Positions 10,315 through 18,701 of a stretch of 64,000 nt of DNA are shown here, one piece after another. The DNA is taken from NCBI GenBank assembly GCA_900317935.1, contig ONIU01000004.1, forward strand, positions 2,139 through 66,138, read 5' to 3'. The DNA comes from an uncultured bacterium. GTDB taxonomy: Bacteria > Muiribacteriota > Ozemobacteria > Ozemobacterales > Ozemobacteraceae. Under the pieces are notes generated by a model. The model made no database searches and had not been told where the DNA came from. It was given only the letters and a program-made list of their open reading frames with translations. The translations under genes and the position numbers were made by a program. Each line of letters starts with the position of its first letter. The first letter of the stretch is position 1.

Positions 10315-11127
10315 ATGCTAATCGTAAACAATAAAAAGCTTCAGACTCCGGCTCTACTTGGTATGGTTCATGTAAGAGCTTTACCAGGAACTCCGTTCTG
10401 TGTTGATACATTGGATAAAGTTGTAAAAATAGCAGTTGATGAAGCATTAGCTTATAAAAAAGCCGGATTTTCCGGAATCCTCTTAGAAAACATGCATGAC
10501 AGACCCTATTTGAAATGTCATGTAGGCCCTGAAATAACTGCTGCTATGACAAGAGTAGCCTGTGCCGTCAGAGAAGCTGTTGGTAAGGATTATCCTATAG
10601 GAATACAGATTCTTGCCGGTGCTAATGTTGAAGCATTATCTGTAGCTTATGTTGCAAATCTTGATTTTATCAGAGCAGAAGGCTGCGTTTTCGGTCATGT
10701 TGCTGATGAAGGTTGGATAGAAGCCTGTGCTGGCAACTTGCTCAGAGAAAGAGCTAGGATAGGTGCAAAGAATATTGCTATTTGGACAGACGTTCAGAAA
10801 AAACATTCTGCTCACGCTCCTACTGCAGATTTGCCTCTTGAAGACTGGGTTCACGGTGCTGAATTCTTTGGTATAGACGGTGTTATCGTAACTGGAACTG
10901 CAACAGGTGTTGCTGCAAAAGCTACAGAAGTAGAAAGAGCCAAAAAAGCCAGTCCGCTTCCAGTTGTAGTAGGTTCTGGAATAACAGCTAAGAACTGTAA
11001 GGATTATGCTGTTGCAGATGCCTGGATAGTAGGTTCCTGGGTTAAAAAAGATGGTTACTGGGAAAATCCCTTAGACCCTAAACGTCTTAAAGAACTGGTT
11101 GCTGCCCACAAGAAAATATTAAGATAA
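10315..11127 (+). CDS. BtpA/SgcQ-family TIM-barrel protein
   Basis: N-terminal LLGMVHVRALPGTPF and overall length (270 aa) match the BtpA family pattern. Confidence 0.75.
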   Translation: MLIVNNKKLQTPALLGMVHVRALPGTPFCVDTLDKVVKIAVDEALAYKKAGFSGILLENMHDRPYLKCHVGPEITAAMTRVACAVREAVGKDYPIGIQILAGANVEALSVAYVANLDFIRAEGCVFGHVADEGWIEACAGNLLRERARIGAKNIAIWTDVQKKHSAHAPTADLPLEDWVHGAEFFGIDGVIVTGTATGVAAKATEVERAKKASPLPVVVGSGITAKNCKDYAVADAWIVGSWVKKDGYWENPLDPKRLKELVAAHKKILR

Positions 11128-11173
11128 AAGACTAATAATTGAGATATAAGATTTAAGACTATATTCTATACTC

Positions 11174-11237
11174 TCTCTTATAACTTATCTCTTACATCTT
11201 ATATCTTGTATCTTACATCTTACATCTTACATCTGAA
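11174..11237 (+). repeat. heptamer array (about 9 units, TCTTAYA-type) abutting a start codon
   Basis: TCTCTTA TAACTTA TCTCTTA CATCTTA TATCTTG TATCTTA CATCTTA CATCTTA CATCTGA, then AAAATC-ATG(11243). Confidence 0.9.
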
Positions 11238-11242
11238 AAATC

Positions 11243-11668
11243 ATGGAAATCACAGAACAAGTAAAAACAATTAAAAAGAATCTGAAACTAATTGGCAAAC
11301 TTGAAAAAGAATTCGGTTTAAAGCCAAATAGCGACATAGATGACCCTTTGCTTTATTGTGGAGTTGCTCAATCAAATGTTATTAAAGAACTAACTCCACT
11401 AGTTGAAGAATATTTCGGTTCAGCATATAAACCTGCTGGTGAAACAGCTTTTTTTAAAAATTTGTTTGATAAATTTTTAAAAGCAGTAGGCGGTGCACGT
11501 AAAGATCAAACTCTCTTCAAAAAAGATATTGATGAAGGTGTAATTTTATATTGCGCTTTCTGGCCTTGGGGAACACAACCAGTTAAAACTTCAGTCAGAA
11601 TTGGCTTGGTTTGTTATAGCGAAGAATTAGAGGCTGAATACACCAAGTATTTGAAGGGATACTTCTAG
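11243..11668 (+). CDS. hypothetical protein
   Basis: 141-aa ORF with coding-like composition. No family recognised and no SD. Confidence 0.55.
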   Translation: MEITEQVKTIKKNLKLIGKLEKEFGLKPNSDIDDPLLYCGVAQSNVIKELTPLVEEYFGSAYKPAGETAFFKNLFDKFLKAVGGARKDQTLFKKDIDEGVILYCAFWPWGTQPVKTSVRIGLVCYSEELEAEYTKYLKGYF

Positions 11669-12074
11669 CCAAGCGTAGCTCCCCCACGAACGGTGGGTGA
11701 GCTGTCACGAAGTGACTGAGGGGGCTGATTGCGTAGCAATCAGTGGCGTGGTGAGTGGTTGGGGGTAGGTGGTGAGTGAGCGGACAGTAGACGCGAGACC
11801 TCTATTCTCCGCACAAGGCTCGTTCCCTCAAAGATTCTCCGAAGGTAGTAATTATAAGAGACCGCGGAGGAGAATAAGGTTGAGCAAGCAACTGTCCGTC
11901 TTTTAAAGAATTGAGAGCTTAGAGCCAACACTTCCAACTCTTCTCACCCTTTCAACAATTCTAACAACTCTAACAATTCCAACAATTCTCACCGATTGCG
12001 ACAGCAATCGTCTCACCTCAAATTGAATAATACAATACTTAGATTATATTAAATATAACTTTTCGACTAATAAA
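11669..12074. repeat. G+C-rich intergenic hairpin/word mosaic A
   Basis: Hairpins at 11677-11703, 11704-11716 (GTCAC-GAA-GTGAC), 11725-11743 (CTGATTGC-GTA-GCAATCAG) and 11993-12010. GT-rich tract 11743-11783. Repeat R1 copy at 11781-11898. Nonamer array YAACAAYTC x4 at 11953-11988. Confidence 0.9.
11781..11898 (+). repeat. R1 structured repeat, copy 1 (~120 nt, candidate RNA element)
   Basis: Aligns end to end with 22906-23032 and 60660-60775. Closing stem CGGACAGT/ACTGTCCG. Inner helix ACCT-C-TATT-CTCCGC / GCGGAG-GAG-AATA-AGGT. Confidence 0.85.
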
Positions 12075-12353
12075 ATGACCGACGAAGAAATAATAGAAAT
12101 CCCCATAAACGGTGTGTTAGATCTGCATACCTTTCAACCTAAAGAAGTTAAACCTTTGGTGATTGATTATCTTGAAGAATGTGTAAAACGTAATATTAAG
12201 CACGTTAGAATCATTCACGGCAAAGGAATTGGCAACCTCAGAAGAACTGTCGAAGCATTGCTTCCTAAACTGGATGTTGTTGAATCCTGGGCGCCAGCAG
12301 GTGCTGATGCTGGTCACTGGGGAGCTACTCTTGTAACCCTGAAGATAAAATAG
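12075..12353 (+). CDS. Smr-domain protein
   Basis: VLDLHTF...VRIIHGKGIGNLRRTVEALL matches the Smr (MutS2 C-terminal) domain pattern LDLHG...IIHGKG. Confidence 0.8.
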   Translation: MTDEEIIEIPINGVLDLHTFQPKEVKPLVIDYLEECVKRNIKHVRIIHGKGIGNLRRTVEALLPKLDVVESWAPAGADAGHWGATLVTLKIK

Positions 12354-12357
12354 GCAT

Positions 12358-12391
12358 AAAAAAAGCCCTGCTTTAGAGCAGGGCTTTTTTT
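12358..12391. terminator. bidirectional intrinsic terminator
   Basis: Stem AGCCCTGC (12363-12370) / GCAGGGCT (12377-12384) with an A-run before and a T-run after. Lies between convergent genes. Confidence 0.8.
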
Positions 12392-12402
12392 ATGCTTGAA
12401 TC

Positions 12403-13011
12403 TTAGTTGCCTCTGGTGTTCTTTACTTTATCATCAGTAAAAGTAATACCGAAGAGACGATTTTCTTCAACTGGCTGTAAACTGTAGAATACAACATTAA
12501 CAGTCTTTACTGCATTAGAGATTTTTTCATGTCTTGCAAAATCGCGTTTGCGGTTTTCTGCTAAGTCTTTCCACATAGCATTAGAATCTTTGTCTTTTAC
12601 GGCTTTAACTGCATCGCGAATATTGTTGTATTTGCGAGTGAAGATTGTATTTTCTTCTTCGCCACGCTTATCAGTGCTTACATAGTTAAATTTTACAACG
12701 ATGTTCTTTAAATAATCGCCTTCATAAGAACCAGCAGAAAGGAAAGAAGAAATCTTGCTCTGTTCGCCGGCAAAAAATACTGTTGCGGTAACTTTCTTAA
12801 AGAAAACTGCGCCAGATTTTACAGTATGTGTATAAAGAACTTCGCCATTTTTCCAAGTTTTAACTAATCTTTCGATTGTTTCAACTTCACGAGCGATTTG
12901 GTCCTGGTCACGACCAATAACATTTATATAACCATATACAGCAGCCTGTGCAGCAGAAACTACACCAAGCATAAGTGCCATTACTACGAACAATTTAACA
13001 AATTTATTCAT
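12403..13011 (-). CDS. hypothetical exported protein
   Basis: Start moved to ATG 13011 (MNKFVKLFVVMALMLGVVSAAQA, signal peptide), which is preceded by GGAGG. Confidence 0.6.
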   Translation of the reverse strand: MNKFVKLFVVMALMLGVVSAAQAAVYGYINVIGRDQDQIAREVETIERLVKTWKNGEVLYTHTVKSGAVFFKKVTATVFFAGEQSKISSFLSAGSYEGDYLKNIVVKFNYVSTDKRGEEENTIFTRKYNNIRDAVKAVKDKDSNAMWKDLAENRKRDFARHEKISNAVKTVNVVFYSLQPVEENRLFGITFTDDKVKNTRGN

Positions 13012-13158
13012 TCCTTTACCTCCAAAGATGATTAGAGTAATTATACACATATATAGCTTAACCCGCAAGGTACTATTCTATAAAAACCGTGATATTGTTA
13101 ATTGCAAAAGTAAATCGAATTTAAATTGCGTTTGCCATATAAAAATAAATAAAAGGGG

Positions 13159-13187
13159 TTGCAACAAATGGGTTTTTTATGTACAAT
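13159..13187 (+). promoter_or_regulatory. candidate sigma-70 promoter
   Basis: TTGCAA (13159-13164), 17 nt spacer, TACAAT (13182-13187). Lies 30 nt upstream of the 13217 gene. Confidence 0.4.
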
Positions 13188-13216
13188 AAATACACATTCC
13201 CGTTAGGAGAAATAAT

Positions 13217-13918
13217 ATGAATAAGAAAATAACTTCTCTTTTAATTGCAGTATTTGCTTTCTTAATGTCTTTTAATTCTGTAATATTTGCAGAAACTAGA
13301 GATAACACTAAACCTGCTCAGGTAAAGCCACCTAAGAATGAACCAGTAACAGACTTAGTTAAAGCTTATGAAATTTGGAAAAACAAAGGTATTAAGCTTG
13401 TTGTTCGTGATAAAGACGGAAAGTTCACAACTTGGAGTGTTGGTAGACTCGAATCCTGGGGAACTAAATCTAAATGGGTTGTAAGAAATAAAAAAGGTCA
13501 GTTCTTAACTCATGCTTCTGGTAATGTTGAATCTTGGAAAAACGGTGTAAGCCGCCTCGTTATTCGTGATTCTAAAGGAAGAATTCTTACTCATATTAAA
13601 TTAGACCTTACTGATCATGGTAATTTCTATACTACTGCTGTTGGTTTAAGAAAACTTGAAAATAAAGCTTTCTTAGCTTTTGTTCAGGACAGCTTGGGCG
13701 ACATTCTTGAAGAAGAAATCAAAGCTGGTAACCTTTCAAAACCAAGAGCTCTTATTGCTTACTTGAATAAATACAAAGATCAGGCTGGTGCAGCAAACTT
13801 TAAGCCAGTTATTAGAAGAATTATCCCTCTAGTACAGGCAATGAACAGCGATGGCAAAAATGCCAGAGCTCAGCAGACTGTTGAAGCTGCCGGTGAACTC
13901 TTAAAAGCTCTTCAGTAA
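13217..13918 (+). CDS. hypothetical exported protein with internal repeats
   Basis: Signal peptide MNKKITSLLIAVFAFLMSFNSVIFA. Repeated K-L-V-[VI]-R-D-x-x-G-[KR] ... T-[HW] segments. AGGAG RBS. Confidence 0.65.
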   Translation: MNKKITSLLIAVFAFLMSFNSVIFAETRDNTKPAQVKPPKNEPVTDLVKAYEIWKNKGIKLVVRDKDGKFTTWSVGRLESWGTKSKWVVRNKKGQFLTHASGNVESWKNGVSRLVIRDSKGRILTHIKLDLTDHGNFYTTAVGLRKLENKAFLAFVQDSLGDILEEEIKAGNLSKPRALIAYLNKYKDQAGAANFKPVIRRIIPLVQAMNSDGKNARAQQTVEAAGELLKALQ

Positions 13919-13931
13919 TTAATTAGAAAAT

Positions 13932-13970
13932 AAAAAGACCACTTAAGATTTAAGTGGTCTTTTTATTTTT
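13932..13970 (+). terminator. intrinsic terminator
   Basis: Stem AGACCACTTAA (13936-13946) / TTAAGTGGTCT (13950-13960) followed by a T-run. Confidence 0.8.
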
Positions 13971-14042
13971 AGTTTTTTATGGTTAATATTTCTTAAAAAA
14001 AATACGAATAAATATATAAAATATGGAAAAAATACTCTAACT

Positions 14043-14675
14043 ATGTCTGAAGAAGAAAAAAAAGTAACTTCTAAAACACATGAACTTTCAGAAAAGCTGA
14101 AAAATTCTGTTGTTTTAGATAAAGCCACTGTAGTAATGGGGAAGGCAGCCAGAATTTCATCTGTTTTGGTCTGCATTCTTGTTGCTGGTCTTTTCTTTTT
14201 GCTTTTCGAATATAGGACAGAACTTCAGGAATGGGCTAAAGCCTTTGTAAATCATTTTGGATATCCCGCATTGTTCTTGCTAACTTGGGCTTCAGATGTT
14301 ATCGTTCAGCCAATTCCCGCAGACTTTTTTGTTTTTGGGTCAAATTTCGGCGGTAATAGTCTTTTGCTTACTGCTATAGTTGCTGGTAGTTCTAGCGCAT
14401 TTGGCGGTTCAACCGGCTATTTCCTTGGCAAATGGTTTGGTCCCTGGAGATTTAGAAGAATATTCGGTTCTAAGATTTTAAGAGCTGGCAGAGATTTATT
14501 TAAAAAGCATGGATTTTTCGCAGTCTTTTTTGCTGGTGTAAGCCCGGTTCCTTATTCTGCAGTATGCTGGGTAGGCGGAATATATAATACTCCGCTTTGG
14601 GAAGTAATTGTGGCAAGTGTTATTAGTAGAACTTTAAGATACTTAGTTGTCGGTTATATAACAGGACTTGTATAA
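14043..14675 (+). CDS. VTT-domain membrane protein (DedA/YqaA-like)
   Basis: Polytopic. YPALFLLTWASDVIVQPIPADFFVFG resembles the YqaA/DedA core. Confidence 0.65.
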   Translation: MSEEEKKVTSKTHELSEKLKNSVVLDKATVVMGKAARISSVLVCILVAGLFFLLFEYRTELQEWAKAFVNHFGYPALFLLTWASDVIVQPIPADFFVFGSNFGGNSLLLTAIVAGSSSAFGGSTGYFLGKWFGPWRFRRIFGSKILRAGRDLFKKHGFFAVFFAGVSPVPYSAVCWVGGIYNTPLWEVIVASVISRTLRYLVVGYITGLV

Positions 14676-14677
14676 TT

Positions 14678-15349
14678 ATGAAGAAACCGGTTACATACTT
14701 AGGTGATGCGTTTTTTCATGTAATAACAGTATTTTCCATTATTACTTTTATCTGGATAGTTATTACTCCTGCGAAATACTTTATTGCCGGTGAGGTTCAA
14801 AGGTTATTTGAGAATAAAGGCGAATTAAGAGCAAAGAATAAATATAATGATTTACTGGCAAAACATAATATAACTAGAGAAAACTATAAGCCTTCCATCA
14901 TTATAAGAAAGAAAACCAGAGAATTATCTGTTTATGCTAATTCTTATGAAATTGCATCTTATACAATTGGTTTAGGGCGAAATTCTAGTGGCAAAAAACA
15001 GAAAAAAGATGATTTAAGAACACCTGAAGGAAACTATTATATTTGCAGAAAAGATTATAACCATAAATTTCATTTGTTCTTACAGATTAATTATCCTTCT
15101 CCTGAAGATGCCAGCAGAGCAACTGTTAATCATATTATAACTACTAATGATGAAATCAGTATTAATCAGGCAGTTCAAAATGGTAATCCGCCACCTAGCG
15201 AAACAGAACTTGGTGGAAATATAGGAATTCATGGTTTCGGCTCTGAATGCAGTTGGACCATAGATGGTTCTATTTCAATGAATAATATTGATGTAGAAGA
15301 TATTTTCTGGAATATAGATGTAGGCACTGAAGTGTTAATAATGCCTTAA
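14678..15349 (+). CDS. L,D-transpeptidase (YkuD/YafK)-like domain protein
   Basis: N-terminal TM. DLRTPEGNYYI ... INYPSPED ... IGIHGFGSEC...SMNNIDVEDIF resembles YafK/YkuD-fold proteins. Confidence 0.6.
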   Translation: MKKPVTYLGDAFFHVITVFSIITFIWIVITPAKYFIAGEVQRLFENKGELRAKNKYNDLLAKHNITRENYKPSIIIRKKTRELSVYANSYEIASYTIGLGRNSSGKKQKKDDLRTPEGNYYICRKDYNHKFHLFLQINYPSPEDASRATVNHIITTNDEISINQAVQNGNPPPSETELGGNIGIHGFGSECSWTIDGSISMNNIDVEDIFWNIDVGTEVLIMP

Positions 15350-15360
15350 TATTTTTATTG

Positions 15361-15930
15361 TTAAAGTTTTCCTATTCTAATGCCAGATTTGCTGATACTT
15401 TCGTAAAGTTTCCTGTTTCTAGATATAGGAATAAAATCGAAAATTAAGCAGGTAAAAGCTTCCCAGAAAGCTACCCAACCAGCAATGTTTATTCCTTCTA
15501 TAATTATTTTTGAATACATTGGAATAAGATTAAAGTTGGTTATAAATTTGCTATGTTCATAATAAAATGCCATTAAAGCAATACCTAACAGCAATAGAGA
15601 GAAAAATTTAAGTATTACTTTTGAAATTTTTTTTCTTTCTTTCCAATATAAAAATCTGAAATGGTTTTTTATGGCTTTTCTTATTGGCTCGTCGGTTATT
15701 TTATCGTAATTGTTTTCTATTTCAATTTTGATAACAAAAGAATGTCCATCGAGTTCTTTTACTGATGAAATAAGATAATCTTCAAAATCCTGGTCTAACT
15801 CTCTTTTATAAAAACTGGTTTTGCGGTCAAAAGAGTTGAACAGATCACTTAAGCTTTCCAAGGTGATGTCTATTATGGCTTTATCGTCTTCGGTAAAGTC
15901 ATATCTGTCATGAAGAATATCTTTTTGCAT
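15361..15930 (-). CDS. hypothetical membrane protein
   Basis: 189 aa. Soluble N-terminal half and hydrophobic C-terminal segments. Lies 5 nt downstream of wecB. Confidence 0.55.
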   Translation of the reverse strand: MQKDILHDRYDFTEDDKAIIDITLESLSDLFNSFDRKTSFYKRELDQDFEDYLISSVKELDGHSFVIKIEIENNYDKITDEPIRKAIKNHFRFLYWKERKKISKVILKFFSLLLLGIALMAFYYEHSKFITNFNLIPMYSKIIIEGINIAGWVAFWEAFTCLIFDFIPISRNRKLYESISKSGIRIGKL

Positions 15931-15934
15931 TATA

Positions 15935-17032
15935 TTATAGTTTTTGTGTCAGTATATCGGCTATTCTTTCGCAAGCATGCCCGTCACCGTATGGGTTGCT
16001 GGCCTTAGACATTTTTTCATAAGCTTTAATATCTGTTAAAAGCTCCTTGAAATTGTCGTAGATAGTCTTTTCATCTGTTCCAACCAGTTTAAGGGTACCG
16101 GCAGCAATTCCTTCTGGTCGTTCTGTTTTCTCACGCATAACAAGAACAGGTTTGCCAAGTGAAGGAGCTTCTTCCTGAATTCCGCCAGAATCTGTAAGTA
16201 TTAGATATGAACGAGCCATTATATTATGGCAGTCAAGGACTTCAATAGGATCTATAATATGAATTCTGTCAAAATTACCTAATTCTTCATCGGCTGCACG
16301 TCTGACGATAGGATTCATATGAATTGGGTAAAGAGCTTTTAAATCTGGGTTTTCTTCCATAACACGTCTAATAGCACGGAACATGTTGTGCATAGGCTGA
16401 CCAAGATTTTCTCTTCTATGAGCGGTAATAAATATAAGTCTGTTATTTTTAGCCCATTCTAGTTCTGGGTGATTATAATCTTTTTTTACAGTTGTTTTAA
16501 GAGCATCAATTACTGTATTTCCGGTAACAAATATAGTGTTTGGATTCTTGCCTTCATTTAAAAGGTTTTGCTTAGCCTTTTCTGTCGGAGCAAAATTAAA
16601 CTGAGAAATAATGCCCACTGCTTGTCGATTGAATTCTTCAGGATAAGGCGCAAATATATCGTAGGTTCTGAGACCTGCTTCTACGTGACCAACGGGAATC
16701 TGCAGATAAAAGCAGGCTAAGGCTGTTACAAAGGTTGTAGATGTATCACCATGAACTAGTACAACGTCTGGCTTTTCTTTTTCCAAGACTGATTTGATTC
16801 TATTTAGAATATTAGTGGTTATATCGAATAGGGTCTGCTGTTTAACCATAATAGAAAGATCATAGTCGGGAACAACTTCAAATGTTTCTAATACCTGATC
16901 AAGCATTTCTCGATGCTGACCTGTAACGCATACTAAAGTTTGGAAATTGTCCCTCTTTTTTAATTCTTTAACCACAGGACACATTTTTATTGCTTCTGGT
17001 CTTGTGCCAAAAACTAACATAATCTTTTTCAT
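15935..17032 (-). CDS. wecB: UDP-N-acetylglucosamine 2-epimerase (non-hydrolysing)
   Basis: MKKIMLVFGTRPEAIKMCPV..., HVEAGLRT, DSGGIQEEAPSLGKPVLVMR: canonical WecB/MnaA motifs. Confidence 0.93.
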   Translation of the reverse strand: MKKIMLVFGTRPEAIKMCPVVKELKKRDNFQTLVCVTGQHREMLDQVLETFEVVPDYDLSIMVKQQTLFDITTNILNRIKSVLEKEKPDVVLVHGDTSTTFVTALACFYLQIPVGHVEAGLRTYDIFAPYPEEFNRQAVGIISQFNFAPTEKAKQNLLNEGKNPNTIFVTGNTVIDALKTTVKKDYNHPELEWAKNNRLIFITAHRRENLGQPMHNMFRAIRRVMEENPDLKALYPIHMNPIVRRAADEELGNFDRIHIIDPIEVLDCHNIMARSYLILTDSGGIQEEAPSLGKPVLVMREKTERPEGIAAGTLKLVGTDEKTIYDNFKELLTDIKAYEKMSKASNPYGDGHACERIADILTQKL

Positions 17033-17117
17033 ATAGTAACCAGCCTTCGTTTTTGATTAATCTAATTTACCATAAGTATAGAATTGGTGCAATAAAGGTA
17101 ATTGTTGAAAATATGCA

Positions 17118-17146
17118 TTGCTAAAAAAATAATAATTAGCTAAAAT
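17118..17146 (+). promoter_or_regulatory. candidate sigma-70 promoter
   Basis: TTGCTA, 17 nt spacer, TAAAAT. About 85 nt upstream of the 17232 gene. Confidence 0.3.
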
Positions 17147-17231
17147 CAACTAACTAGATACGTATTTGCTTTTAAAAAGTTCAATATTTGATTAAACACT
17201 TGTTGGGTTTAAAGTAAAGATGGAGTGAATA

Positions 17232-17930
17232 ATGGGAGCTTTTTGTGCTTTTTGTGGAAAACCAATTGTCGAAGGTGCTAATTTTTGCGTTGGCTGTGGA
17301 AAACCAGTCTATCAGGATGGGGCTCCAAAACCTAATGAAAATGTCTCTCAATTATTTACAGAACCAGCACCTCCTATAAACACTAATGCCTATTCACAGA
17401 TGCCTCAGCAGGTTGGAAATGTATCTGCTCCTCAGATGCAAAATGTTCAGTATACTCAAAATCAGATGTTTCAGCCTCAATATGTAAATCAGATGTCTGC
17501 TGGCTCAAATCAATTCATGAACAATGGTACAACCTATGTTCCAAAAGAGTTAACTCTTTTTGGAATGATTTTTGATTATTTTTTCGGCGGTTTTACTGGG
17601 CGTTGCCGTGTTTTGGAACTTTGGCTGACTGCTTTTATCATTATGTTTTTAGAAGTTATTTTTATAGGAATTCCTTGTGGTGCTGCCTTTTATTTTTTCA
17701 GGAATAATCCTAGTTTTATTCAATATATTCAAATTGGAATTTATGCAGTAAACCTTGTTTTTGGACTAATTAATTTCTTACCAGGTATTATGATGTCTAC
17801 AAGGCGTTTACATGATCTAGATATGTCTGGTTGGATGCAGTTGGTATTTTATATCCCCATTATCGGGCAATTATTCATGCTCTATGTATTGTTTGTTCCT
17901 GGAACAAATGGTCATAACAGATACGGTTGA
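17232..17930 (+). CDS. zinc-ribbon / Q-rich linker / DUF805-type membrane protein
   Basis: N-terminal FCAFCGKPIVEGANFCVGCGKP. Q/N-rich stretch. C-terminal TM region with the RRLHDLDMSGW signature of DUF805 (YhaH-like). Confidence 0.75.
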   Translation: MGAFCAFCGKPIVEGANFCVGCGKPVYQDGAPKPNENVSQLFTEPAPPINTNAYSQMPQQVGNVSAPQMQNVQYTQNQMFQPQYVNQMSAGSNQFMNNGTTYVPKELTLFGMIFDYFFGGFTGRCRVLELWLTAFIIMFLEVIFIGIPCGAAFYFFRNNPSFIQYIQIGIYAVNLVFGLINFLPGIMMSTRRLHDLDMSGWMQLVFYIPIIGQLFMLYVLFVPGTNGHNRYG

Positions 17931-17936
17931 TTAAAT

Positions 17937-18701
17937 ATGGAACAAAAGAACATCGAAAATATATTAAATTCTGTTAAAGATGGAAAAATGTCTGTCTCTG
18001 ACGCAATGTTGAAATTAAAAGAAGCTCCTTTCGAAGATTTAGGCTTTGCTAAGCTTGATTTACATAGAGGTTTAAGGCAAGGTGCCGCCGAAGTAATCTA
18101 TGGCGCCAGCAAAACTCCAGAACAGATTATAAAGATATCTCAATCCTTTTTGGAACACGGTCAAAAAACTATTCTAATAACAAGAATGAGTAAGGAAGCT
18201 GCTGAGTTAACCCAAAAAAGCATAGATTGTTTTAAATACGATGAATTAAGTAGAATAGGAATTGTTGGCGAACTTCCGCCAGTAAATACTAATGGCAAAA
18301 TCGTAGTTGCTACAGGTGGAACAAGCGATATGCCTGTTGCAGAAGAAGCAGCCTTAACTGCTGAAGTCTACGGGAATAAAGTTGTCAGACTTTATGATGT
18401 GGGTGTATCTGGTTTGCATAGACTTCTGAGCCACTTGGACGATATTATGTCGGCTAAGGTTATAATTGCAATAGCCGGTATGGAAGGAGCCTTAGCAAGT
18501 GTAATAGGCGGTCTGGCTGATTGCCCTGTTATTGCTGTTCCTACAAGCGTAGGCTACGGAGCTTCTTTTGGTGGTGTAGCTGCTTTGCTCTCAATGCTGA
18601 ATTCCTGTGCAAGCGGAGTAAGCGTTGTTAATATTGATAATGGTTTCGGTGCCGGCTACTTGGCTAGCATGATTAATCACCTTGGAGTTGAAAAAAAATA
18701 A
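17937..18701 (+). CDS. larB: nickel-pincer cofactor biosynthesis protein LarB (PurE-like carboxylase/hydrolase)
   Basis: LRQGAAEVIYGASKTPEQI...ITR..., then the PurE-like part VVATGGTSDMPVAEEA...AIAGMEGALASVIGG. Confidence 0.85.
   Translation: MEQKNIENILNSVKDGKMSVSDAMLKLKEAPFEDLGFAKLDLHRGLRQGAAEVIYGASKTPEQIIKISQSFLEHGQKTILITRMSKEAAELTQKSIDCFKYDELSRIGIVGELPPVNTNGKIVVATGGTSDMPVAEEAALTAEVYGNKVVRLYDVGVSGLHRLLSHLDDIMSAKVIIAIAGMEGALASVIGGLADCPVIAVPTSVGYGASFGGVAALLSMLNSCASGVSVVNIDNGFGAGYLASMINHLGVEKK

Noticed and set aside
11740-11937. ORFs lying inside the G+C-rich mosaics (11740-11937, 29103-29309, 46770-47003, 46790-46981).
   Set aside because: They run across hairpins, the R1 element or palindromes. 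They have no RBS, and their R/S/V-rich products follow from the repeat sequence. Calling them genes would ignore the repeat structure.
14678-15349. A possible catalytically dead L,D-transpeptidase: the region aligned to the SxGC active site reads IDGSISM, i.e. Ser instead of Cys.
   Set aside because: An alternative alignment places the Cys of GFGSEC at the catalytic position with a short insertion after it. I cannot decide between the two alignments by eye, so this is not reported as a finding.
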